Shown piece after piece: positions 40,010-51,115 of a DNA stretch of 64,000 nucleotides. Each line of letters opens with the position of its first letter. Position 1 is the first letter of the stretch. The notes below the pieces were generated by a model. It ran no database searches, was not told the DNA's origin, and saw nothing but the letters and a program-made list of their open reading frames with translations. The translations under genes and the position numbers were made by a program. Source of the DNA: an uncultured Acidobacteriota bacterium (GTDB lineage Bacteria > Acidobacteriota > Thermoanaerobaculia > UBA5066 > DATFVB01). Location of the stretch: contig CAWEYG010000002.1 of the NCBI GenBank assembly GCA_963813155.1, forward strand, positions 320,001 to 384,000, written 5' to 3'.

Positions 40010-40762
40010 TCAGTCGTCGAGCGAAGGAAGGGTCTTGAGAACGTCGGCGGCCCGAGCCGGCGCCGGTTGGACTTCGTCCCTTCGAATCAGTCCGTCCCGG
40101 AACAGAATCACGCGTTTGGCGAATTGCGCGATGTCGGCTTCATGTGTGACCAGCACGATCGTGAGCCCGCCGTCGTTTAACCCCTGCAGGATCGCCATGA
40201 TTTCGACCGCCGTGTGGCTGTCGAGATTGCCGGTCGGCTCGTCGGCGAGGAGAATCGCGGGCCGGTTGACGAGCGCGCGGGCGATCGCGACGCGCTGTTG
40301 CTGGCCTCCGGAGAGTTGCGACGGGAAATGCGCGGCCCGGTCGGCGAGACCGACCAGGGCGAGCGCATCCCGCGACCGCCGCTGCCGCTCCGGCTTCGCC
40401 ACGCCGGCGTAAAGCGTCGGGAGCTCCACGTTCTCAAGCGCCGAGGTCCGGGAGAGGAGATTGAAGCTCTGAAACACGAAGCCGAGGCGTCGATTGCGAA
40501 TTGCCGCGAGCTGCCGCTTGTCGAGGTGGGACACGTCGACGCCTTCGAGCATATACGTGCCAGAGGTCGGCCGGTCGAGGCAGCCGAGAATGTTCATGAA
40601 GGTGGACTTGCCGCTCCCGCTCGCGCCCATGATCGCGACGAAGCCGCCCGGCTCGATCGCGATGCTCACGCCGCGCAACGCATGGACGCGTGTCTCGCCG
40701 AGCGAGTAGTACTTGTGCAGCTCCTTGACGCAGATGGACGAGCCGGCGCCGCCGGCGGTCAC
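40010..40762 (-). CDS. ABC transporter ATP-binding protein (MacB/LolD-like)
   Basis: GASGSGKST, LSGGQQQRV, LADEPTGNLD. Confidence 0.9.
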   Translation of the reverse strand: MTAGGAGSSICVKELHKYYSLGETRVHALRGVSIAIEPGGFVAIMGASGSGKSTFMNILGCLDRPTSGTYMLEGVDVSHLDKRQLAAIRNRRLGFVFQSFNLLSRTSALENVELPTLYAGVAKPERQRRSRDALALVGLADRAAHFPSQLSGGQQQRVAIARALVNRPAILLADEPTGNLDSHTAVEIMAILQGLNDGGLTIVLVTHEADIAQFAKRVILFRDGLIRRDEVQPAPARAADVLKTLPSLDD

Positions 40763-42062
40763 CGGCGGATTCCGGCTGCGCCCGGCAGTGACTCCTTCGC
40801 AGAGATCGAGCTCGTCACGACGTCGTCCCCCGGCGCGAGCCGGCCGGCAAGAACGGATTTCACCTCGGTAAAGGTGTGGTCGGTGATCCCGATGGCGATC
40901 CGGACAGGCTCGATCCCGCCGTCCTCCCGCCGCTTCCACACGATCGCCGTTTCGCTCCCCGGTTCCGGGGTGTCGTCGCGGGATTGGCGGATCCCGTATT
41001 TCGCGTACAGCGAGCGCACCCTGTCGGGCTCCATCGGCGGCTTGTAGCGGAGTGCGGCGTTGGGGACCTTCACGGCATCGGCGACGGTCGCGACCGGAAT
41101 CGTGACGTAGCCGGTCATGCCGGGAAAAAGCTTCCCCTCTCGGTTCTCGAACTCGATGACAGCGTCGTAGGTGACGACGTTCTGAACGCTGGTCGGATTC
41201 ATCCGCACCTGGATCACCGTCCCGGTGAAGGTCTCCTTCGGAAACGCGTCCACCTTGAACGTGACCGCGCGGCCGGTGCGGATTCGGCCGACGTCGGATT
41301 CGTCGATCTTCGCATACACGAGCATCTTCGTCAGGTCCTGCGCGATCGTGAAGATCGTCGGCGCCTGCAGGGAGGCCGCCACCGTCTGGCCGACGTCGAC
41401 ATTCCGAGCCACGACGGTCCCGTCGATCGGCGAGCGGATGATCGTGTATTCGAGGTTCGTCCGCGCCACGGAGACCGCCGCCTCCTTCTGGCCGACCTCC
41501 GCCTTCGCCTGGGCGACGTTTGCGACCGCGCCGTCGAGCGCGGCCCGGGCCGAATCAAACGCGGCCTTCGCGAGGTCGAGCGCCTGCTGCGATCCGACCC
41601 CCTGCATTTCGAGCGAGCGGGCCCGCGCGTCGTCCGCGCGCGTCTGGACGACCGCGGCGCGGGCCTTCGTGACATTGGCTTCCGCGACGAGAACACTCGC
41701 GCGGGCGTTCTGGAGGTCCGAGTCCGCCTGCCGGAGTGCCCCCTCGAAGAGCCGGGGATCCATCACCGCGATCACGTCGCCCTTCCGCACGCGGCTGTTG
41801 AAATCCGCATTGAGCCGCGCGATCGTCCCGGAGACCTGAGAGCCGACTTGCACGGTCGTCACCGGTTGACGGTTCCCGTCGCGTCGACGACGTCCCGAAT
41901 CCCGCCCTTTTCGACTTTCGCGGTCAGGTGCCGGAGATCGTCGCCTCTCCGGAGAAGAAGCACCGCCACGATGACGACGAGGAGAGTCGCGCCAGCGGCG
42001 ATCGCCTTCTTCCGCCGGCCGTTCGACGGGACGTCGGGCAGCGCCTCCGCGGTTTCACTCAT
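40759..42062 (-). CDS. MacA-like periplasmic adaptor subunit; frameshift near 41860
   Basis: [46 protein letters not shown]. Confidence 0.85.
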
Positions 42063-43282
42063 ACCGAAGGGCCTCGATGGGGTCGAGCTGCGACGCCTTG
42101 CGAGCGGGGTAATAGCCGAAGAAAACGCCGACCGCGACCGAGAAAAACACCGCGAGAAGGACGGCGTCCGGCGAGAGCGTGCATCGGCCATTCCATCGCA
42201 CGACCCATGAACACGGAAGTCGACGATGCCGAGCAGCACACCGACCGCGCCGCCGAGGAGGCTCAGGAAGACCGACTCGCCGAGGAACTGCAGCCGGATC
42301 GCCTCCTCCGTCGCCCCGACCGACACGCGCACGCCGATTTCGCGCGTGCGCTCGGTCACCGACACCAGCATCACGTTCATGATTCCGATGCCGCCGACGA
42401 CGAGCGAGATCGACGCGATCGCGACGAGCAGGATCGTCAGCGTCCGACTCGCCTCGAGCTGCGCCTGGATCACGTCCTCCGGGTTGCGGATGTTGAAGTC
42501 GTCGTCCTCCTCGGAGCGGAGGTGATGCCGCTCGCGCAGGAGCGCAGCCGCCTGTTGTCCCGCCAGCTTGACGACGTTCTGCGAGACGGCCGAGCAGAGG
42601 ATGTCGTCGAGCCACGTAGATGCCCATGAGCTTCTTCTGCGCGGTCGTGTAGGGCATGATGATGGTGTCGTCCTGGTCCTGGCCGGAGATCGACAGGCCC
42701 TTCGGCTTGCAGGGTCGCGACGACCTTGCACGGCATGTCCTTGAGCCGGATCGCCTTGCCGATCGGATCCTCGTCGCCGAAGAGCTGCATCGCGGACGGT
42801 CCGGCCGATCACGCAGACGTCGGCCGCGCGCTCGACGTCGTCCGCGCGTGAAGATCGCGCCCTCGTCCACGAACCACCGCTTGATCTCGAAGTACTCGGG
42901 CGAGACGCCGCGGTACGTCGTGAACCAGTTCTGGTTGCCGTAGACGACCTGGATCGAGGCGTCGACGTTTGGAGAGACGTTCTTGATAAGCGGGATCTGG
43001 CCCTTGATCGCCGCCGCGTCGGCCGAGCGTCAGGGTCTTCGTCCCGTGGGTGCCCGTCCGCACGCCGTTGACGCGCGCGGCCGCCCGCCTCGATCCAGAC
43101 GAAGTTGTCGCCGAGGTTGTGCGAGCTGCTGCTCGACGCGCGCCTGTCCGGCGCCGCCCGATCGCGACGACACAGATGACCGCCGCGATCCCGATCGTGA
43201 TGCCGAGGACGGTCAGCGCGCTGCGGAGCTTGTTTCGCATGAGCGATCTCAAGGCGGAAGAGAGCAGTGTGGCCCATTCCAT
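42055..43282 (-). CDS. MacB-like ABC permease; several frameshifts
   Basis: [41 protein letters not shown] and [22 protein letters not shown], split across frames. Confidence 0.8.
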
Positions 43283-43342
43283 ACGTCTATTCTTCCGCAG
43301 GACCGCGCGCTTCGCCAGATCCGACCGCGCTCAGCCTGTGCG

Positions 43343-44213
43343 TCAGGGCTTTGTGCTGACCTTTGCCAGCGCGGCTTTCAGTCCCTCGCCGACCTTCTCC
43401 GGCGTTCCGACACCCCAGAAATGCATGAAGAAGAGCCGCGGAGTCTCGCGGAGCATGTGCGAGTGGAGCGCCGTCACCTCGATTCCGTGAGATTCGAGCT
43501 CACGAATGACGGGATTGACTTCGTCGGCGACCAATACGAAATCCCCCGTCGTCGCGACGTGGTTTCCGGAAGTCTCCACGTTGATCGACTCGCCCATGCC
43601 CATCGAGGCCGGGACTTCCATCTCTCCGTCGCGGATCGGCTCGGAACGCGGCACGCCGATCTGCAGGACCGCGCCCGCCATCGTGCCTTTCATTCCGAGC
43701 GCGGACTGCAGGGCGTCGAAGAGCCTGGTCTGAGCAGGAGTGGGCGACGCCGGCGGCCCGGCCTTCATCGGCGTCTTTGTCTTCTCCGAGCGCGGCACGG
43801 AGAGTCTTTGCCAGAGCGGACGGTTCGCCCCTTCCCATGAAGTGGAGGTACAGGACGCGGGGCGTCTCGCCGATCAGGTGATTGTGGATCGCGAGGATTT
43901 CGAACCCGCCGGCCTGAAGCTCACGCACGACGGGATTCACCTCCGAGCCCAGCAGAACGAGGTCGCCCATCGTCATCGCCATTGTCTGAGACCCCTCCGA
44001 CTTGAACGCAGCCCAGGAGCCGAGCGCGAGCGACGGAGCCACTTGAATCGGGCCGATCGCAACGTGCAGGTCCGCGCGCGGCCAGGAGTACCTCTGGACA
44101 TCTCCCGGAAGGCTCTTTCCGTCTTGTCCGAATACCTTTCCGGCTTCCAGCCAGGGCGAGTCCGCCGCGCGGACAAAACCCGACAGGAGCATTGCGATTG
44201 CGAAAAACTTCAT
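43343..44213 (-). CDS. Secreted duplicated DUF1259 (LppY/LpqO-like) protein; frameshift near 43790
   Basis: Two repeats GDLVL..EVNPV..L...AIHNHL/ALHSHM..P...HF. Confidence 0.8.
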
Positions 44214-45142
44214 GACTTTCCTCCTTTTCGAAATGATTCATAGAGCGCGTCGAAGAGCGAGAAACCCTGAGCGAGGCGATCTTCGTCGTCCTCGTGCGTT
44301 GCGGCGATGCCGGTGACGAGGCAAGCCACGCCAGCGCTCTCGGGCCGGCCGAACTTGGCATCCTTCACGTCGACGTCGTGCACGACCTCGGCTACTATTG
44401 CAAGTGCGCGGTCCTTCAGGCCAAGCCGCCGAATCAGCGTCTCGAAAGTGCATTGGTCGCCTTCGTGCGTGAACTCGCCCCCGACCATGTCGAACGATCT
44501 CTCGCCGGCTGCGGGGGCCTCGGATTTCGGGTCGATGAACCGCAGGCGCGCTTTCGGATCGACGAACCGGCGGATGAGCCAGGCCGAGCCGATCCGGTCG
44601 ATCTTCACTCCGCGCCGCGTGACCCAGACCTGGTCTCGCAGCGAACCGATAGACGCGCGGGGAGATTCCATGGTGGCCTCCTTTCGAGGACGTTGCCGGC
44701 CTTCGGCCCGCGCGAGCGAGCGCTCGGCGCGATCCCGGCCGCGGGCGCCGAAGAAATCGAGGCTTCGGATCTCCTCGAAGCGTCGCCGCGCGCGCACGAG
44801 ATCCGGCACCGTCGATCGGCTGAGTTCTTCGACGAACTCGGAATAGTCTCGGTCGCGCGCGTCGTTGAAGAGGCGCTTCAGGTCGCGATCCGACGGGCGG
44901 CCGACGAATCCCGATTCGGTGATGGAGGCTTCTCCGCCTCCGGCGACGATCTCCTGCGCGATCCACTGGAAGTCCTCGAGCGTCTCGGAGTTGCGAGGGA
45001 GCAAATAAACGGAATTCTTCAGCGCGACCGCTCCGACCCGGGCGAGCCGCTGGCGGATCTTCGCGCGCAGATAGAGCGGCTTCGGCGGAATCTGGTGGAT
45101 CAACATGTACCACCGGGGAGGATCGTCGCTTTTCGGACTCAC
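44210..45142 (-). CDS. chrB: Chromate resistance protein ChrB
   Basis: WVTRRGVKIDRIGSAWLIRRFVDP, FTHEGDQCTFE, HDVDVKD. Confidence 0.9.
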   Translation of the reverse strand: MSPKSDDPPRWYMLIHQIPPKPLYLRAKIRQRLARVGAVALKNSVYLLPRNSETLEDFQWIAQEIVAGGGEASITESGFVGRPSDRDLKRLFNDARDRDYSEFVEELSRSTVPDLVRARRRFEEIRSLDFFGARGRDRAERSLARAEGRQRPRKEATMESPRASIGSLRDQVWVTRRGVKIDRIGSAWLIRRFVDPKARLRFIDPKSEAPAAGERSFDMVGGEFTHEGDQCTFETLIRRLGLKDRALAIVAEVVHDVDVKDAKFGRPESAGVACLVTGIAATHEDDEDRLAQGFSLFDALYESFRKGGKS

Positions 45143-45148
45143 GGCAGG

Positions 45149-46162
45149 TCACGGAACGGACGCCGGATAGGAATCCCGGATCACGAGCAGCCTTCCTCGC
45201 TTGGGTTCGCAGACATAGGCGTTCCCATGCTGGTCAGAGACGACGCAATGGGCGGAGGCCGCAGTCGGTTGCGTTCCGAGAACCGAGAGCCTGCCTTCCG
45301 ACGAGACGCCGAGGATCGCGAGCGTCTCGCTCCCGGCTCCTGGAAAATAGAGATGGCCGAGCTTCGGGTCGTAGTCGATGATGTCGACGCCTGAGCCGCT
45401 TGTGGCCGAACCGAGCACCTTTCCCCCGTGACCTGCGTCCAGAACCACGGCCTTCCCCTCCGCACAGGCGGCGAACACGAAGTCTCGCTTCCGGTCGAGG
45501 CTAATTCCCCGCGACCCCGAGCAGCCGTTACTCCAGCGTTCGACGATCGATCGGCTCTTCACGTCGATTGCCAGCGTCCTGTCTTTCCAGAGATTTGTGT
45601 AAGCGCGGCCGCGAGCCGAATCGACGACAAGTGACTCGGGTCCGCCCGGAACTTCGAGGAAAGCTGAATGGACTGGCCGGGGAGGCTGACCCTCCAGGCG
45701 GAAAATCTCGATTCGATCGCTGTCGGGCTCCGTGACCCAGAGCTCCCGGGTTGGCGCCACGTACCGAACGTAATCCGGGCCAGCAGCAAGTTTTGAGGAA
45801 GTTACGATTTTTCCCAAGCGGGGATCGACGACATTTACGGTCTCCGAGGAGCGATCCGTCGCGAACAGGTATCCGTCTCCCTCGTCGACGGAGGTCGTTC
45901 CTTCGCCGCGACCGCCGCCGAATTTTCCCTGCGCCTGGAATCCTCCGATGACGGTGACCTTCTTGGAGGATGGATCGATGAGATCGAGGCTGCCGGTGCG
46001 GCCGGCTGGGGCGAGTACCTTTCCCAACGATGGCGAGTAGCCGAGGTCGTCGAAGCCAATCCCGGCTTCACCGCCGGGAAGGGAGATTTCGACCGGCGGC
46101 GCGGCCCAGATCGCGCTGATTCCGAGGAGAGGGAATCCAAGGATGAGCGCCCGGAGCTTCAT
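45149..46162 (-). CDS. Secreted YncE/YVTN-like beta-propeller protein
   Basis: Signal peptide, GIGFDDL, propeller repeats; first gene of the chr operon. Confidence 0.75.
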   Translation of the reverse strand: MKLRALILGFPLLGISAIWAAPPVEISLPGGEAGIGFDDLGYSPSLGKVLAPAGRTGSLDLIDPSSKKVTVIGGFQAQGKFGGGRGEGTTSVDEGDGYLFATDRSSETVNVVDPRLGKIVTSSKLAAGPDYVRYVAPTRELWVTEPDSDRIEIFRLEGQPPRPVHSAFLEVPGGPESLVVDSARGRAYTNLWKDRTLAIDVKSRSIVERWSNGCSGSRGISLDRKRDFVFAACAEGKAVVLDAGHGGKVLGSATSGSGVDIIDYDPKLGHLYFPGAGSETLAILGVSSEGRLSVLGTQPTAASAHCVVSDQHGNAYVCEPKRGRLLVIRDSYPASVP

Positions 46163-46289
46163 GGTTCGCCTCCCGTCCTCGATCGTAGCATCTGTTATGC
46201 CAGTTGAAATAGTTATCTAGCAACTGCCATGCTCTGGAATGCATTTGTTTCGTGGGACCGCTGACGCCGCCCAGCCTGAATGCCCGTCG

Positions 46290-46435
46290 TGTCCACACTC
46301 TGTCCACACTTGGTCTACCCATCGGGATTCGGGGGTCTCCCGCGAGAGCCGGTTGGCTCATGACCAAGCGGTGACGAGGCATCACGAACATCAAGTGGTT
46401 AGGTACTGCGGGCACCCGACAGATCCGGAGAGCAC
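46290..46435. repeat. About 145-bp imperfect repeat, copy A (att-arm-like)
   Basis: TGTCCACACTCTGTCCACAC...GCTCATGACCAAGCG...ATCAAGTGGTTAG; colinear with 51116-51260. Confidence 0.75.
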
Positions 46436-46475
46436 GGCGGCTGCGGACGCTTCCGAGCGGAAAAGGCAAGGGGGT

Positions 46476-47336
46476 TCACTGCGCATGGCCTCGCGGTGCC
46501 TGCGTTTCATCGAGGAGCGTGCCGAGCATCTCTGGCCACCGTTTCTCGAAGTCGCTTTCGCGTTGGAGTCCGCGCTCTAACAGAGCTTGGATTCGGTGCT
46601 GCGCTTCGGGCCACGTCAGCGCGGTCGTAAAAGAGTTGAGGGCGTCGAGGAGCCGGTCGGCGGATGGCAACGAAACTTGATTGACGAGATTCTTCGCCGC
46701 GGCGATGGCACGCCGGTCGAAGGAGGCGATCCGGCGCGCGAGCGTATCGACGAAGCCGTCCAGCTCGGCGTCGGGAAGCGCCCGGTTGACGTATCCGTAT
46801 CGTTCCGCGGTGTCGCCATCGAAGTCGTTTGCGCCGAGAACGATTTCGAGCGCGCGGCCGCGGCCGACCAGATGTGGAAGGCGTTCGCGCACCGCCGCCG
46901 CCGGGATGCAGTCCCACCCCGACCTCGGGTTGGCCCAGTCGCGTGTTCTCGCGCGACGCGAAGCGCATGTCGCAGGCGAGGACGAACTCGCTGCTCGCGC
47001 CCCGGACGCAGCCTCGGATCTTCGCGATGCTGACCACCGGCGGACCTGGTGAGACGCACGAACGTATCCATCAGGATCGGGAGGCCGGATGGCCCCGACG
47101 GCTGTCATGATGTTCCCTAGCTTGCCGGTCAAATCGAAGTGGGCAAGGTAGAAGTCAGGGTTCGCGCTCTCGAAGACGACGACACGCAGGCTCGGGCTGG
47201 CGTCCATTCGAACGAGCAGATCCTGGAGGCCTTGAAATATGGTGGCGTCGAGGATGTTGAAGGGCGGATAGTCGAACACGACCCTCCAGTAAGCGTCCGT
47301 TTCCTCAATGACCCGCAACGACACGGCCTCAGTCAT
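46476..47336 (-). CDS. Enoyl-CoA hydratase/isomerase family protein; frameshifts near 46890 and 47040-47095
   Basis: FESANPDFYLAHFD, SEFVLACDMRFA, GQPEVGVGLHPGGG, RALEIVLG. Confidence 0.8.
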   Translation of the reverse strand: MTEAVSLRVIEETDAYWRVVFDYPPFNILDATIFQGLQDLLVRMDASPSLRVVVFESANPDFYLAHFDLTGKLGNIMTAVGAIRPPDPDGYVRASHQVRRWSASRRSEAASGARAASSSSPATCASRRARTRDWANPRSGWDCIPAAAVRERLPHLVGRGRALEIVLGANDFDGDTAERYGYVNRALPDAELDGFVDTLARRIASFDRRAIAAAKNLVNQVSLPSADRLLDALNSFTTALTWPEAQHRIQALLERGLQRESDFEKRWPEMLGTLLDETQAPRGHAQ

Positions 47337-47385
47337 GATTCACGTCCTCCCTTGTCTCTTCGTCATGTCACTTCCAAGCGGACAC

Positions 47386-47880
47386 TCAGGCTGCCGCTGC
47401 ACGCAACAGAGTTTCGATTTTGCTGTCCAGATCTTCCGCTACCTGGAGCGCATCGTGGTTTCCGTACGCAGCCAGAAAACTGGCCATCCTGTCATAGGAC
47501 AAATGCACGCCATCGGCACGCTCATCCACAAGCACCGTAACCGGAGCGTAAGAGCCCGCGTCTGGAACATGCTTCGCCATTTCCTTCATGATGAGAGGGT
47601 TGCCGATCAGCAAGCGGATGATTCGAGGTGTGTCTTGACCCGTCTCTTTCCGAACAACAGCGCCCTGATCAAGCTGCATGAACAGCATCAGCCCTGCTTT
47701 GCTCAAGCCCTTCTCAACTGTGCTTTTCAGCTCGGCAAAAGAGCGCGCTTCGTGAGTTGATCTCCCGAATTCAGCCATATCCGGATGACCGATAGCCGCG
47801 TTAAGAGCTGCCACAACCTGATCGAACGGGTTAGAGGAGGTAAGGCTGAATCGCTCGATCTCGATTTTTTCTATCATCAC
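47386..47880 (-). CDS. DUF302 domain protein
   Basis: LLIGNPLIMKEM..HVPDAGSYAPVTVLV. Confidence 0.8.
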   Translation of the reverse strand: MMIEKIEIERFSLTSSNPFDQVVAALNAAIGHPDMAEFGRSTHEARSFAELKSTVEKGLSKAGLMLFMQLDQGAVVRKETGQDTPRIIRLLIGNPLIMKEMAKHVPDAGSYAPVTVLVDERADGVHLSYDRMASFLAAYGNHDALQVAEDLDSKIETLLRAAAA

Positions 47881-47958
47881 GAAATCTCCCTCGGATCTCC
47901 CTCCGGGCCTCCGCCGATGTTGCGAAGATCGGCGGAGGCCTACTCTTCGGTTGAGGAG

Positions 47959-48759
47959 TTACCTATTGGATCGCGCGGAGGTCGCAGCCTCTTCGATGAG
48001 CCTGGCTGTTTCCCTCGGGTGAGACATGTAGGCCACGTGGCTGGCATTCACTTCGACCGTCTTGGCCTTGGCTCGCTTCGCCATCATGCGCTCCTGGTCC
48101 GGATTGATCGACCGGTCCGCGGTGGCCACCATGTACCAGGTGGGCTTGGACTTCCAGGCGGGCGCCGTGACTTTGTGGGTGAACGAGTCGGTGGAGATTG
48201 GCACCTGCGATATAGCCATGTAGTGGGACTCGGCGGGGGGAACGTCCGCCGCGAAGTCGGCCGCGAAATGCGTCTCGTCTATCCACCAGTTCCCGTTGCT
48301 ATCCGCCTTGAATGCCTTGGACGCTTGTGGCAGGGCCTGTTCGATCGACGCACAGCTGTCACCTTCATCGAGTGCAAATGCAGCGATGTAGACCAGTGCC
48401 GCAACGTTTGGATCATTGCCGGCCTCGCTGATGATGGATCCGCCGTAGCTATGGCCGACCAGGACGACGGGGCCGCCCATGGCGTCGATGGCGGCCGTCG
48501 TGTACTTTTGGTCGTCGGCATACGAGGTCTCGGGGGGCTGCGCCACCGACACCGTGTAGCCATCCTTCTCAAGGATCTTGGCGACGGCTTCCCAGCCGGA
48601 GCCATCGGCGAATGCGCCGTGCACCAGGACCACGTTCTTGATGCCAGTCTTCGGCGCCGAACCCGCCGCGGCAGCGTTCAGAGTTGCGCCCGTGAGCGTA
48701 CATGCAAGTGCAGCAACGGCATAAAGCTTAGTCACGATGTTTCTCCCATTCGCTTTCAT
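47959..48759 (-). CDS. Secreted alpha/beta hydrolase
   Basis: LVHGAFADGSGW, GHSYGG, DRSINP, ASHVAYMSHP. Confidence 0.9.
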   Translation of the reverse strand: MKANGRNIVTKLYAVAALACTLTGATLNAAAAGSAPKTGIKNVVLVHGAFADGSGWEAVAKILEKDGYTVSVAQPPETSYADDQKYTTAAIDAMGGPVVLVGHSYGGSIISEAGNDPNVAALVYIAAFALDEGDSCASIEQALPQASKAFKADSNGNWWIDETHFAADFAADVPPAESHYMAISQVPISTDSFTHKVTAPAWKSKPTWYMVATADRSINPDQERMMAKRAKAKTVEVNASHVAYMSHPRETARLIEEAATSARSNR

Positions 48760-48798
48760 CTTGGTTCTCCTTTTTCCATTCATTTCTTCTCACCCGCA

Positions 48799-49095
48799 TC
48801 AGGTTTTGTGATCCGACGGTTCCGGGAGCTCTTTCGGCCGACCTCCTTCCCGCAGCATCCATGCCCGTATGTAGGTCGAACAGTTCAGGACCAGGATGCC
48901 GGCGGCCTCGCATTCGTTGAGAAAACGGACGCCATCCACATCCACGAGATCGACCTCCTCCAGATCCAGCGCCACCCGAGATTCCTCTCGCTCGAGCTCG
49001 GCCTTGAGCTCGCCTAGGTGCTCCGATCGAATCTGGCCACTCAACCGGACTCGAGCCTCCCCTCCGGCAGAAATCCGTTCGATCTTGAGCGTCAT
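48799..49095 (-). CDS. Small STAS-like domain protein
   Basis: VRLSGQI...LDLEEVDLVDVDGVRFL...CSTYIRAWM. Confidence 0.7.
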   Translation of the reverse strand: MTLKIERISAGGEARVRLSGQIRSEHLGELKAELEREESRVALDLEEVDLVDVDGVRFLNECEAAGILVLNCSTYIRAWMLREGGRPKELPEPSDHKT

Positions 49096-49248
49096 GATCC
49101 ACGGCCCATAGCACGAGAGACACAATTACAAAAGCCGAGCCACTTGCAACATATAGCAAGGAAGTGGCTTAGGAGCGAGACTCGAACCGAAATGTCAGGA
49201 ATTCCTGAAATTAGGGAGATGCGACCGTTGGTGGTCTTCGGGGTCGAA

Positions 49249-51081
49249 TCAGCCGGCGTGCGGGGCCTTGAATCGATATTTCTCGATTCTTAACCGCCTG
49301 ATCTTTGATTCGAGGGTCTGCGCCGGCAACCCGAGCCTGGTTGCCGCGCCTTCGGGTCCTGAGATTCGGCCGCAGCTCTCTGCCAACGCGGCTTCAATGA
49401 TTACCCTCTCCTGCCTCTCGAGAGCGCCATTCAGCGTCCCGGTCTGCCTTCGTCTCGGTACCTCCTCGCGCTTCAACCAGGTCTGGTCGACGGCGAAGGT
49501 CTCACCCTCGCTGAGAATCACGGCACGCTCAATGACGTTCTGCAATTCACGCACGTTTCCTGGCCAGCTGTAGGTCTGGAATGCCTTCAGCGATCTCTTG
49601 TCGATTGCTTTGAATTTCCTTCCCAGCCTTTTTCCGTATCGTCCGATGAAGTATTCAACGAGCAATGGAATGTCCGCAACGCGCTTGCGCAACGGCGGCA
49701 TCTCGATCGGCACGACATTCAACCGATAAAGAAGATCCTCTCGGAATTGACCGTCGGCCACTAATACGCTCAGATCACGATGAGTGGCCGCCAGGACCCG
49801 AACGTCAACGGGAATCGACGTGCTGCCGCCGACGCGTTGGATCTCGCGCTCCTGGAGCACGCGCAACAGCGTGATCTGGATTTCCTGAGGCAAATCGCCG
49901 ATTTCGTCGAGAAAGATCGTTCCGCCATTCGCCGATTCAAAGCGTCCGAGACGCCGCTGTGTCGCGCCGGTGAAGGCTCCCTTCTCATGCCCGAAGAGCT
50001 CAGAGGCGATCAGCGATGGCGGGATTGCCGCGCAATTGACGGCGATGAAGGCCCGGGCGGCGCGGTGGGAACGCTTATGGATCGCGCGGGCGATGAGCTC
50101 CTTTCCGGTTCCGGTTTCACCCAGAATGAGAACCGTGGAATCCGTGGGCGCCACCTTCGCGACCTGGCGGAGCGCTGTGCGGAGCGGTTCGGAAGAGCCC
50201 ACGATGTCCTCGAACATCGAGTCGCGATCGATTTGCTCTCGCAGCGCCAAGTTCTCGTTGCGTGTCATCGCTTCCGCGCGGATGCGGTCATCGATATCAG
50301 TCCCCGTCGCGTACCAGCGAATCACCTGACCTTGCTCGTTTCGAAACGGGTTGTATCGGATGAGAAACCAACGGTACTGGCCGTCTTTCCGAAGAGCCCG
50401 TTGTTCGAGCTCGAAGGGAAGGCCTCTTTCCAGGGCAGACTGGCGGTCGTCTCGCAATCTGTCGACGTCCTCGGGATGGAACAGTCGTTCTCGAAATCCC
50501 GGAGCAAGAAGACTCTCGATCGTGAGGCCGGTGTAATCGAGGGTGGCCTGATTGGCGTACACCGGCGCGCCGGACGGGTCCAAAACCACGATCGTCTGCG
50601 GTATCGCGTCGGTGATTTGCCGAAGCTCGCGCTCGTCGTGCCGGAGTTTCTCTTCCGTTTGCTTGAGAGTCTCGATGTCCGTGCATGCGCCATACCACCT
50701 GATGACCTCGCCCGAGCCGTCACGAAACGGCTCGACGCGCATGAGAAACCAGCGAAAAACGCCGTCGTGGCGGCGCAGGCGCGCTTCCATCTCGCCGGGT
50801 TCCCCCGAAACCAGGAGTCCTCCCCACTTCTCTGCCAACGCTCGTACATCGTCCGGATGGATCGCGACTTGCCAGCCCGAACCATGCGACTCTTCGGCAG
50901 AGAGGCCCGTGTACTCGAGCCATCGTTTGTTGACAAATTCGTTCGAGCCATCCGGCAGATTGCACCAGGCCATCGTGGGGATCGTGTCGATCACACGCCG
51001 GAGTCGAGCCTCCGAGTTCCGAATCTGCTCAAGCAACTCTGCAGGCGAGGGCACCGTGATCGGCACCGCGCTCTCCGTCAC
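49249..51081 (-). CDS. Sigma54-interacting (NtrC/FhlA-like) activator with two PAS/PAC domains
   Basis: GETGTGKE, ELFGHEKGAFTGA, FLDEIG, WPGNVREL, C-terminal HTH. Confidence 0.9.
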   Translation of the reverse strand: MTESAVPITVPSPAELLEQIRNSEARLRRVIDTIPTMAWCNLPDGSNEFVNKRWLEYTGLSAEESHGSGWQVAIHPDDVRALAEKWGGLLVSGEPGEMEARLRRHDGVFRWFLMRVEPFRDGSGEVIRWYGACTDIETLKQTEEKLRHDERELRQITDAIPQTIVVLDPSGAPVYANQATLDYTGLTIESLLAPGFRERLFHPEDVDRLRDDRQSALERGLPFELEQRALRKDGQYRWFLIRYNPFRNEQGQVIRWYATGTDIDDRIRAEAMTRNENLALREQIDRDSMFEDIVGSSEPLRTALRQVAKVAPTDSTVLILGETGTGKELIARAIHKRSHRAARAFIAVNCAAIPPSLIASELFGHEKGAFTGATQRRLGRFESANGGTIFLDEIGDLPQEIQITLLRVLQEREIQRVGGSTSIPVDVRVLAATHRDLSVLVADGQFREDLLYRLNVVPIEMPPLRKRVADIPLLVEYFIGRYGKRLGRKFKAIDKRSLKAFQTYSWPGNVRELQNVIERAVILSEGETFAVDQTWLKREEVPRRRQTGTLNGALERQERVIIEAALAESCGRISGPEGAATRLGLPAQTLESKIRRLRIEKYRFKAPHAG

Positions 51082-51115
51082 GGAGCCGACGATAGCATGG
51101 CATCGACGACCTTCC

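Noticed and set aside
46290-46310. TGTCCACA repeats as DnaA boxes or an origin
   Set aside because: They deviate from TTATCCACA, come as only two per site, and have no AT-rich unwinding region or rep/dnaA gene
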